NCBI GenBank assembly: GCA_963815215.1
Contig: CAWFFU010000010.1
Location: 32,001-96,000 of the forward strand
DNA length: 64,000 bases
From: an uncultured Trueperaceae bacterium
GTDB lineage: Bacteria > Deinococcota > Deinococci > Deinococcales > Trueperaceae
Direction: 5' to 3'
Positions 56,445 to 64,000 of this stretch are shown here, piece after piece (position 1 is the first letter of the stretch; every line of letters starts with the position of its first letter). Made by a program: the position numbers and the translations under genes. Below the pieces are notes generated by a model. It saw only the letters and a program-made list of their open reading frames with translations, was not told the DNA's origin and searched no databases.

Positions 56445-56939
56445 ATGCGCCGCATCTACCTATGGGGCGCCCTGGCGGCCCTGGCGGTCGTCGGGGCGGG
56501 CATCGCCATCGGGCAGGGCCCGAGCGCGAGCGCTGCCACATCGGTGGCGTCGACGACCGCGAGCCCCGCCACACCGGTGGCGTCGACGACCGCCAGCACC
56601 CCGCAGACGCCGGTGCAGATCGGTGCCCAGCTCTACGCCGCCAACTGCCAGACCTGCCATGGTAAGAACGGCCAGGGTGGCAAGGATCGCGGGATCGGCG
56701 GGGAGGGCCTGCGCAGCTTCACGCGCTTCAAGGATCTGATCCTGTACGGGCGCGAGCGCATGCCCGGCTATGCCAAGACCGGCCTGTCGACATCGGACAA
56801 CCTCGGGTCACTGGGGGCGAACGGCTACCTGGGAAACAGCTCGGCTCCGACCGATCAGCAGATCCAGGACCTGCTCGCCTACCTCAAGACGCTGCCTGCC
56901 TCGCACCGCAGCGGCTTCTTCGGCGGCGGGGACGACTAG
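56445..56939 (+). CDS. c-type cytochrome, membrane-anchored or exported
   Basis: N-terminal hydrophobic segment, ANCQTCHG (CxxCH), distal MP; 33-bp duplication in the Ser/Thr linker. Confidence 0.9.
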   Translation: MRRIYLWGALAALAVVGAGIAIGQGPSASAATSVASTTASPATPVASTTASTPQTPVQIGAQLYAANCQTCHGKNGQGGKDRGIGGEGLRSFTRFKDLILYGRERMPGYAKTGLSTSDNLGSLGANGYLGNSSAPTDQQIQDLLAYLKTLPASHRSGFFGGGDD

Positions 56940-56945
56940 GCGGGA

Positions 56946-57704
56946 CTAACCGCAGCCCACGCGGACGAGCAGGAATCCGGCGTTGCGGGCGAGGCCGGAG
57001 GGGTTGGCCCGGGCGAGCACCAGCATGGCGCGCGCGGGGATCGGCCCCTGGAGCCGTAGTTCGGCGCGGAAGGGTACGTAGCCCTCCGTCATCCAGCTCC
57101 CCTGCGCGATCGCGGTGGTGGCCGCCAGCTCGTGGCCGTCGCCGGCCAGGAGCTTCACGGGGAACTCCGCCTCGGCGTACCAGCCGCCCGTAGCGCGCCC
57201 GCGGATCACGACCCGCTCGGCGAGCGCGGCATGGGGCTTGGGCGCGTCCAGAACGGGCGCGCCCGTTCTTCGCAGCACAGCGGCCATGTCGTCGACGGCG
57301 CCGGCCGACTTCGGGGCGGCGATGCGGCAGATCGAGCCGGCGCCGGAGATGCCGGCTGCCAGGCTGCTGACCGGCATCGCCTCGCTCCGCGGCGCGCTCG
57401 AGGGGATCACCACCGAGGCGTGGGTGGAACCGGCCGCCTCCACCGTGACGCGGAAGGGCGAGGCATGGCCCGCGCGGCCGGATGTCGCAGCCGGATCCGG
57501 GAGGATGAGCGCGCGGTCCACCTGCCACGGGTCCGGGGTGACACGATCGAGAAGCTGCAGCGCCGTGGCCGCGCCGACGGTCGGCCCGGACGCGGGCCCC
57601 TCGGCCCGTACCGTCCCGGAGGCCAGCGCACCCAGCAACAGAGCCAACGAGGCCAGGAGAGCCGGCGCATGACGTGCGAGGGAGGCGGCACCCGGTCGTC
57701 TCAT
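56946..57704 (-). CDS. exported protein with C-terminal Gmad2 Ig-like domain
   Basis: GRATGGWYAEAEFPV...WMTEGYVPF...NPSGL; start uncertain. Confidence 0.65.
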   Translation of the reverse strand: MRRPGAASLARHAPALLASLALLLGALASGTVRAEGPASGPTVGAATALQLLDRVTPDPWQVDRALILPDPAATSGRAGHASPFRVTVEAAGSTHASVVIPSSAPRSEAMPVSSLAAGISGAGSICRIAAPKSAGAVDDMAAVLRRTGAPVLDAPKPHAALAERVVIRGRATGGWYAEAEFPVKLLAGDGHELAATTAIAQGSWMTEGYVPFRAELRLQGPIPARAMLVLARANPSGLARNAGFLLVRVGCG

Positions 57705-58067
57705 CGCAGGGCCCAGCGTGTGCCGTGCCGGAGGCTGGTTCGGTCCATGTCCTCCTTGTGTAGCATGCCGGGCGCGGTGGGTCCTACCGACGCAGGTCGT
57801 GCTCGGCGCCGGCGCCAGAGGATCGGCGCGCAGGCAATGGAAGTGGCGCTCGACCTGCCGTGGGGGGCAGCAGGTCAAGCGCCTAAACACATCCTAACGC
57901 GGAAGCGGTCCGTTGTCCGTGCTTCACCCCTTCTGGAGGCGAGCGAAATGGCGGATATCGCGCACACTCCTTCATGAATCTTCCGAAACCGCGCTGGGTC
58001 ATGCGCGAGCTAGGCCCGGGCGCCGGCGCCTTCCGGGCGTCGGCCGAGCCTCGAGCCGGCGCGGCTC

Positions 58068-58412
58068 TCAGCCGCCGGTCACGATCGAGGCGATCAGCTC
58101 GAGCAGCACCACCAGGGCCACTACCGCACGGGCCAGGTTGCGGGCAGCCGCGTAGTGCGCGCCGGCGGTCAGTACCCGGACGCCAGGCAGCGAGCACAGC
58201 ACGATGATCCCGCCGAGCATGAGGCGTTGCCCACGGGCCGTGAGGTCGAGCGCTCTAGGGTCGATCGGCCGGGGGGCGCCGGTGAGGGCCAATGCCAGGC
58301 CCACCAGCATCAAGCTCAGGGCGAACCCGGACAGGCCGCGTGCCACGAGGCGCATGCTGCGCCCGATCCCGGCCGCCTGCTGCCGGTCCTCGTGCCCCCG
58401 GGTTCCGGTCAC
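58068..58412 (-). CDS. small membrane protein (DUF1634-like)
   Basis: 3 TM segments, P..RV motif, overlaps the TSUP stop. Confidence 0.65.
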   Translation of the reverse strand: MTGTRGHEDRQQAAGIGRSMRLVARGLSGFALSLMLVGLALALTGAPRPIDPRALDLTARGQRLMLGGIIVLCSLPGVRVLTAGAHYAAARNLARAVVALVVLLELIASIVTGG

Positions 58413-59179
58413 GCTCCGCCCTTCAACCCGCGCACCAGCATCTGCACGCCGATGCCGAGCAGCAGCACGACCAGTGCCCAGCGTAGGGCCCCGACCTTGA
58501 CCCGCGACTGGAGCAGGCTTCCGACCACCGCACCGAGGAAGACCCCGGCGGCGGTCGGGACCACGATGAGCGGGCGTACATCGCCGCGGCCGATGTAGAC
58601 GAAGACGCTGGCGGCGGCGGTGATGCCGACCATGAAGTTGCTCGTCGCGGTGGCGATCCCCAGCGGCACGCCCATGACGGCGTACATGGTGGGAACCTTG
58701 ATGAACCCCCCGCCCACGCCGAGCAGGCCCGACACCATGCCGGCCAGGCCGGCGGTGCTCGAGCCCGCGACCCAGTTCCGGGCCGTGTAGTCGCGGCGGT
58801 ACATCTTCTCGTCGCCGGCCCCGCGCAGGTTCTTGGCGAGGGTGTAGGCGGCGGTGGCGAAGACCACCACCGCGAACAGGATGGCGAGCGCGTTCGCCGG
58901 CACGAACCCGGCGACGAGCCCGCCCACGACGGCGCCGGCGGCGGTGGCGATCTCCAACCGCAGCGCCAGCATGACGTCCGCGCCGCTCTCCTCGCTGGCA
59001 CTGGCCGCCACCCCGGCCGAGGTGGCGATGACGCTGACCAGGCTCGTCCCCACCGCGATGCGCACGGGCAGGTGGAACAGCAGGGTGAGGGCGGGAACCA
59101 GGAAGATGCCGCCGCCCAGGCCGAGCAGGGCGCCTACGCCGCCCGCTAGCGCCCCGGTGCCGAACAGCGCCAACAGCAC
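58409..59179 (-). CDS. TSUP (TauE/SafE) family transporter
   Basis: GLGGGIFLVP, GTSL, GVGGGFIKVP, ATATSNFM. Confidence 0.92.
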   Translation of the reverse strand: MLLALFGTGALAGGVGALLGLGGGIFLVPALTLLFHLPVRIAVGTSLVSVIATSAGVAASASEESGADVMLALRLEIATAAGAVVGGLVAGFVPANALAILFAVVVFATAAYTLAKNLRGAGDEKMYRRDYTARNWVAGSSTAGLAGMVSGLLGVGGGFIKVPTMYAVMGVPLGIATATSNFMVGITAAASVFVYIGRGDVRPLIVVPTAAGVFLGAVVGSLLQSRVKVGALRWALVVLLLGIGVQMLVRGLKGGA

Positions 59180-59180
59180 C

Positions 59181-60230
59181 TCAGCGTGCTCCGGTCGCGG
59201 ACGTCGCCGGTTCGGGGCGCCTGCCGTCGAGTTCAGAGGGCGCGTGCAACTCGGCCAGCGTCGTGTCGAGTCGCTCGAGCCACGTCCGCCACAGCGGAGC
59301 CAGTGCGGGCAGCTCCGCCGCCCAGCCGGCCAGCACCGCCCGCCGCTCGCTCGTGAACCGTTCCAGGGCGGCCGTCAGGGCGGCCGATGCGTCAAGCTGC
59401 ACGGCGGCCCGCGCCAGGCTCTCCAGCATGAACGGGCGCCCACCGAAGCGCAGCGGCAGGCCCAGCTCGCCGCCGATGCGGGCGAGATCGGCGCGGCACA
59501 GGAAGAGCCCGCTGCGGTAGGGCAGGGTGAGGCGATCGACTGTCGACGCCGACGTCTCCGGCTCCTCGAGGGGCGTATCGGCCGCGTCGCGCGGCGAACC
59601 GGTCGGCGCGGGCGGCGCGCCGTCGAACAGCGCTGCCGCGTGTCCGACCAGGGTGCTGCCTGTCAGCGCCGCCGCGGCCCGGTAGAGCCCTTCGTCGACG
59701 CGGGCGACGGCGTCCAGGAATACCGGTGCCCAGGGGAGCAGGTGTTCGGCCAGCAGGACGCGCTGGGCGGTCCGGGCGCGCGCGCCAGCCGGTCCGGCCG
59801 CGCCAGCCGGTCCGGCCGCATCGGATGCGGCGGCCTCGCGCTCGAGCACCGCGGCCAGCGCGTCGAGCTGTACGGCGATATGGTCGGCGTCTGCGCCGGC
59901 CTCGAGGCGTAGGCCGAGTGCCTCCAGCACGCCGCGCGTGAGGCCGGCGCGCTCACTGACGGCCTCGCCGTCGGGGTCCAGGTAGACCGAGGCGAAGGGA
60001 TAGGCGTTGAGCACGAAGACGTGCGTGTAGGTCGCCGCTGCGCGCGGCGTGGCATGCGCTGCGAGCGCCGGCACGCTCGAGGCCAGCGCCAGCAGCTCGT
60101 CGTCGGGCTGGCGCGCGAACAGCTCGGCGAGCAGCCGGTAACTGCCGGCTCGCTCGAGGATCTCGCCGCGTTGCGGCCCGTCGACGGCACTCGCGGGAGG
60201 CTCGGAGCCGGAGTCGCGCGACTCAGCCAT
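59181..60230 (-). CDS. TorD/DmsD family molybdoenzyme chaperone, extended C-terminus
   Basis: YPFASVYL, ADHIAVQL, EHLLPW; 18-bp tandem duplication at 59781-59819. Confidence 0.85.
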   Translation of the reverse strand: MAESRDSGSEPPASAVDGPQRGEILERAGSYRLLAELFARQPDDELLALASSVPALAAHATPRAAATYTHVFVLNAYPFASVYLDPDGEAVSERAGLTRGVLEALGLRLEAGADADHIAVQLDALAAVLEREAAASDAAGPAGAAGPAGARARTAQRVLLAEHLLPWAPVFLDAVARVDEGLYRAAAALTGSTLVGHAAALFDGAPPAPTGSPRDAADTPLEEPETSASTVDRLTLPYRSGLFLCRADLARIGGELGLPLRFGGRPFMLESLARAAVQLDASAALTAALERFTSERRAVLAGWAAELPALAPLWRTWLERLDTTLAELHAPSELDGRRPEPATSATGAR

Positions 60231-63200
60231 CGGTGCCGGCCGGGTCGCCGCGGGGGGCTGCCCCGTCTGCGGCTTCGTCGGGGAGGGCGTAGGCGGCTGC
60301 CGACGGGTGCAGCGGTCGCGGCAGCCAGCGAGGGCGGCGCGTGCCGTCCGGGCTGTGGGTCCGGGCCGGCCGCGTCTTGGCCAGCCACTCCCGGTAGCTG
60401 CTGTGCGCGAGCTCGGTGTCGACATGGATGTCGCCGTTGCGGTCGCCGGGGCGGGCACGCTCCACGGTCACCGCCTGATGCCAGCAGTGCTGGCCGGAGA
60501 CGGGATCGGGGTGGACCTCGAAGGTGATGTTCTGGTGTACGCCCACGTCGCTCCACCAGATGCGCTGGGTGTCGGGGTCGCCGGACGCGAAGGGCTCCAC
60601 GCCCCGGGTACGGGTCATGGTCCAGCGTGAGCCGTCGCGTTCGAGCCCGACCACCGACGACAGGCCGCGGTTGCCGGCGCCGTCGTCGAGCCGCCAGCGG
60701 CCGAAGTGATGCGAGCAGGCCACGATGTCCGGCCGGATGCCCTCGGTGACCCAGGCCGGCAGCACGAAGTGGCCGATGCGGGTGCTCACCCGGAGCAGGT
60801 CGCCCGTTCGAACGCCCAGCGCGGCCGCTCGTTCCGGGTGGAGCCACAGTGGGTTGGTGTGGGCGATCTCGTCGAGCCACTTGCTGTTGGCGCTGCGCGT
60901 ATGGATCTGCACCGGCAGGCGGAAGTTGGGCATCAGCACCGTCTCGCCGGGACGCAGCGCGTCCTTGTGGACGTGACTCTTGATGTAGGTGGGGAGGGCG
61001 TACTCGGGCCAGCCCCAGTCCCGGAGGGTAGTGGAGTAGAACTCCAGTTTGCCGCTCGGGGTGGGCCAACCGCGCAGCACGCGCCCGTCGACATCGACGC
61101 CGACGGGGCTGCGTCCGTCGGGCAGCGCCGCGGCCTTGGGCCCGTAGCCGGCAGCGCCGCTACGGGCGTAGACGACGCCGTCGTGCTCGATCCGGTCGAC
61201 GAGCTCGGCGTCCGGCACCGCCTCGAGGTAGCGGGCGCTGGGCTCGGCGGTGATGCGGAAGGCGCCGTAGCGCCGCATGTAGGCCAGCGGCGTCAGGCCC
61301 TCACGGTCCGCCGCGGCGGGCAGGCCCGGCACCCCGTGGTCGAACAGGTAGCCATAGTAGTCGTCGACCGTCATCTTCTCGGCCGGGGCCGAGGTGGTCT
61401 GGGTGGCCGCCGAACTGTCGTCGGCGCGCCCGGTGCCGGCCCCGGCCGCTGCCGTCCCTGCCCCGGCTGCTGCTGGCCCTGCTGCGGCCTCCCCCGGCGC
61501 CCGCGGCTTCTCGAAGTAGCGCCGGATGCCCAGCGAGCCGTCCGGGTCGATGCGCCACGACAGCTCGATCCAGAACTCGTTCTCCTCCCACACCTCGCCC
61601 GGATTGACGTCGCGGGTGTCGTGGAAGGGCCGGCCGGTGCGCTCGTAGTGCGCGCGCATCACCGGCTGGCGGAAGCCGATCCACTGATCGCGCCCGGTCT
61701 CCTGCGACTGCACGTCGTGCCGCTCGCTGGAGTGCCCCATCGGCAGCACGTAGTCGGCGTACCAGGCCGACTCGTTCCAGGTCGGCGTGAGCGCCACGTG
61801 GCAGCCGATCTTGCTCTCGTCGGTGAGCGCCTCCAGCCAGCTGAAGCCGTCAGGGTTGGTCCACACCGGGTTGTAGACGCGCGTGAAGTAGACGTCGATG
61901 TGCCCGCGGCCGTCCCGCAGCAGGTGGGGCAGCAGGAAGCTCATCTCGAAGAACGCCAGCGGGTACTCGCCGGGCATGTGGAGATCCTGCCACCAGCTCG
62001 GTCCCGGCGCCGGCAGCGGCTGGGGCGCGACGTGCTTGGTCCAGGTGTTGGGCCAGAAGCCGCCGGGCGTCGCGATGGAGCCGGTGAGCGCGTGCAGCAG
62101 CATCAGGCAGCGGGCGATCTGCCAGCCGCCCTCGTTGCCGGCGCCGGCGCTGCGCCAGTTGTAGCTCGAGAAGCGCGTTCCCGCCCGCGCCACCAGCTCC
62201 GCCAGCGCCTCGATGCGCTCCTGCGGCACGCCGGACTCCGCACTCGCGAAGGCGAAGGTGTAGTCGCGGTAGAGCTCGGCCAGGACGCTCTCGAAGGCGT
62301 CGAAGGTGGGCGGCAGGTCGGGGTGCTCGGCCAGAAGGTAGGCTTCCCAGTTCCACCACCGCCGCACGAACTCCCGGTCGTAGGCGCCGGCGTCGATGAG
62401 GTGGCGGGCGATGGCGAGCAGCACCGCGGCTTCACTGCCCGGATAGCTGGGCAACCACAGGTCCGCTCCGGAGGCGGTGTTGCTCAGGCGCGGGTCGAAC
62501 ACCGCCACCGTCGCGCCGCGAGCGCGCGCTTCGACGATGCGCTGAGCGTGCGGGTTGAAGTAGTGGCCGGTCTCCAGGTGCGCCGACAGCAGCAGGATGA
62601 CATCCGCCTCCGCGAAGTCGGGGGACGGCCGGTCGATGCCCATCCAGAAGGCGTAGCCGGCCCGCGCATTGCTGGAGCAGATGTTGGTGTGGCTGTTGTG
62701 GCCGTCGATGCCCCAGGCCTGGAGCACGCGACTGGTGAAGCCGTCCTCGCCGGGGCGACCCACGTGGTAGACGACGTGCCGGCCCTGGTGGGCCATCACG
62801 TCGGCGCGGATGCGGCCGGCGATGTCGTCGAGCGCCTCGTCCCAGGACACCCGCGTCCAAGCGCCCTCGCCCCGCGCGCCGCTGCGCTTGAGCGGGTACA
62901 GGATGCGGTCGGGATCGGTGATCTGGTTGTGGGTGGCGGGTCCCTTGGCGCAGTTGCGGCCGCGCGAGCCCGGGTGCAGCGGGTTGCCCTCCAGCTTGCG
63001 CACCTTGCCGCTGTCGTGGTCGACATAGGCGAGCAGTCCGCAGGCCGACTCGCAGTTGAAGCACAGCGTCGGCACGAGATCGTAGTGCCGCTCGCTGGGC
63101 GCCCCCCGGTTGGAGCGCTTCTCGGCCCAGTCGTCCCAGGTGTCGGAAGGAGGGTGGCTGTCCAGGCCGATCTCGCTGGGGCCGGGGAAGGTCGTGGCGT

Positions 63201-63324
63201 GGCCTTCCGGCGAGGCGTAGCGCGGCCCGTCGTCGCTGATGCGTTGACGGGGACGCCCGCGAAGCGCCTCCAGCAGCCGCGCTCCGAGGGGAAGATCGGG
63301 ATCGGTCTTGTCGGTGGGGGACAT
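60223..63324 (-). CDS. DMSO-reductase-family molybdopterin oxidoreductase catalytic subunit
   Basis: CFNCESAC...RNCAKG Fe-S motif, DPDRILYPLKR, VSWDEALD, ADYVLP, TPSGKLEF. Confidence 0.93.
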   Translation of the reverse strand: MSPTDKTDPDLPLGARLLEALRGRPRQRISDDGPRYASPEGHATTFPGPSEIGLDSHPPSDTWDDWAEKRSNRGAPSERHYDLVPTLCFNCESACGLLAYVDHDSGKVRKLEGNPLHPGSRGRNCAKGPATHNQITDPDRILYPLKRSGARGEGAWTRVSWDEALDDIAGRIRADVMAHQGRHVVYHVGRPGEDGFTSRVLQAWGIDGHNSHTNICSSNARAGYAFWMGIDRPSPDFAEADVILLLSAHLETGHYFNPHAQRIVEARARGATVAVFDPRLSNTASGADLWLPSYPGSEAAVLLAIARHLIDAGAYDREFVRRWWNWEAYLLAEHPDLPPTFDAFESVLAELYRDYTFAFASAESGVPQERIEALAELVARAGTRFSSYNWRSAGAGNEGGWQIARCLMLLHALTGSIATPGGFWPNTWTKHVAPQPLPAPGPSWWQDLHMPGEYPLAFFEMSFLLPHLLRDGRGHIDVYFTRVYNPVWTNPDGFSWLEALTDESKIGCHVALTPTWNESAWYADYVLPMGHSSERHDVQSQETGRDQWIGFRQPVMRAHYERTGRPFHDTRDVNPGEVWEENEFWIELSWRIDPDGSLGIRRYFEKPRAPGEAAAGPAAAGAGTAAAGAGTGRADDSSAATQTTSAPAEKMTVDDYYGYLFDHGVPGLPAAADREGLTPLAYMRRYGAFRITAEPSARYLEAVPDAELVDRIEHDGVVYARSGAAGYGPKAAALPDGRSPVGVDVDGRVLRGWPTPSGKLEFYSTTLRDWGWPEYALPTYIKSHVHKDALRPGETVLMPNFRLPVQIHTRSANSKWLDEIAHTNPLWLHPERAAALGVRTGDLLRVSTRIGHFVLPAWVTEGIRPDIVACSHHFGRWRLDDGAGNRGLSSVVGLERDGSRWTMTRTRGVEPFASGDPDTQRIWWSDVGVHQNITFEVHPDPVSGQHCWHQAVTVERARPGDRNGDIHVDTELAHSSYREWLAKTRPARTHSPDGTRRPRWLPRPLHPSAAAYALPDEAADGAAPRGDPAGTDG

Positions 63325-63334
63325 GCGCGCCCTC

Positions 63335-64000
63335 CTAGGCGAGCGGCACGGCCTGGCCGGCCTGGACGAAGGCGTGTTCGAAGGCCAGCAGGCCGCCGAG
63401 GGCGAGCAGCGAGGCGAGGGACAGCAGCGCCGCGCCACCGCCGAGCAGGCACAGCAGCGCGGGCGCCGTCACGCCCAGCCCGAGGCCCCACCAGAAGTAG
63501 CTCCGGAAGGCTCCGTGCGTGAGCTGGCGCTCCGCAGCGCGCGCGTGGGCGGTGGCCGTGGGCAGGGCCAGCTCGCTCAGCACCATCAACCCGTGCGCGG
63601 TCACCGAAGCCAGCAGGAACCAGCGCAACGGCGGCAGCACGCCCGCGGCGCCCGCCGCAGCGGCCGCGATCAGCAACGCCGCGCTGCCCGCCAGCACGGC
63701 TTGCACGGCCATGTGGCTGGGTAGCAGCGGGCTCTGCCACAGGTCGCGCGCTTTGGCCTGGGCGAACAGGTAGGCGGTGTAGACGGCGGTGGCCAGGGCC
63801 ACCGGCATCACGAGCCAGCCGAGCGCGCGTTGCAGGCCGCCGGCGCCGGCGAGCGAGGCTGCCAGCCAGGCCACGATCAGAGCGCCGAAGGCGCCGATGA
63901 TGAACGCCCCCCGCGTCAGCCAGGAGCGCCATTGCGGGCGCGTGAAGATCCGGTAGAAGCGCAGCGGGTGCGACAGGTCCCACACCAGCAGGGCGCCGGT
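63335..64000 (-). CDS. nrfD: NrfD/PsrC family membrane anchor (5' end outside window)
   Basis: DLSHPLRF, SWLTRGA, YTAYLF...RDLWQS, FVQAGQ. Confidence 0.88.
   Translation of the reverse strand, partial: TGALLVWDLSHPLRFYRIFTRPQWRSWLTRGAFIIGAFGALIVAWLAASLAGAGGLQRALGWLVMPVALATAVYTAYLFAQAKARDLWQSPLLPSHMAVQAVLAGSAALLIAAAAAGAAGVLPPLRWFLLASVTAHGLMVLSELALPTATAHARAAERQLTHGAFRSYFWWGLGLGVTAPALLCLLGGGAALLSLASLLALGGLLAFEHAFVQAGQAVPLA

Overview
High-GC bacterial DNA from a probable diderm. The many lipoproteins and the MMPL/LolA-like/beta-barrel trio look Deinococcota (Trueperaceae)-like, but that is inference only. The window holds about 55 genes, nearly all accessory, and no rRNA, intact tRNA, CRISPR array, integrase or reverse transcriptase. 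0-17.8 kb looks like the decayed right end of tRNA-targeted island(s). It carries a TetR-MMPL-LolA-like-barrel operon, redox genes, an FNR-box-preceded flavodoxin, a Gmd homologue without its catalytic residues, an IS21 remnant, a PiT / CSC-motif P1B-ATPase / CmtR-like ArsR / PPK2 block and several internally deleted gene relics. It ends in two diverged 3' halves of tRNA-Val (att-like scars) that bracket one 7-bladed beta-propeller lipoprotein gene with near-identical DNA repeats and hypervariable codons. 17.9-40 kb is rich in exported hydrolases (two paralogous subtilases, two serine hydrolases, an M16 peptidase) and small regulator-enzyme pairs, plus a MalT-like LuxR with a 13-bp-phased operator array. 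40-50 kb has two divergent peptide-ABC clusters with no ATPase gene, around nitrilase, RraA-like and proline iminopeptidase genes. 50-64 kb has a second propeller lipoprotein, a cysteine desulfurase-like gene, a HExxH peptidase, a diguanylate cyclase, an aldo/keto reductase, a cytochrome c, and an NrfD / Mo-oxidoreductase / TorD / TSUP operon running off the right edge. All family calls come from motif recognition by eye; no database was searched.
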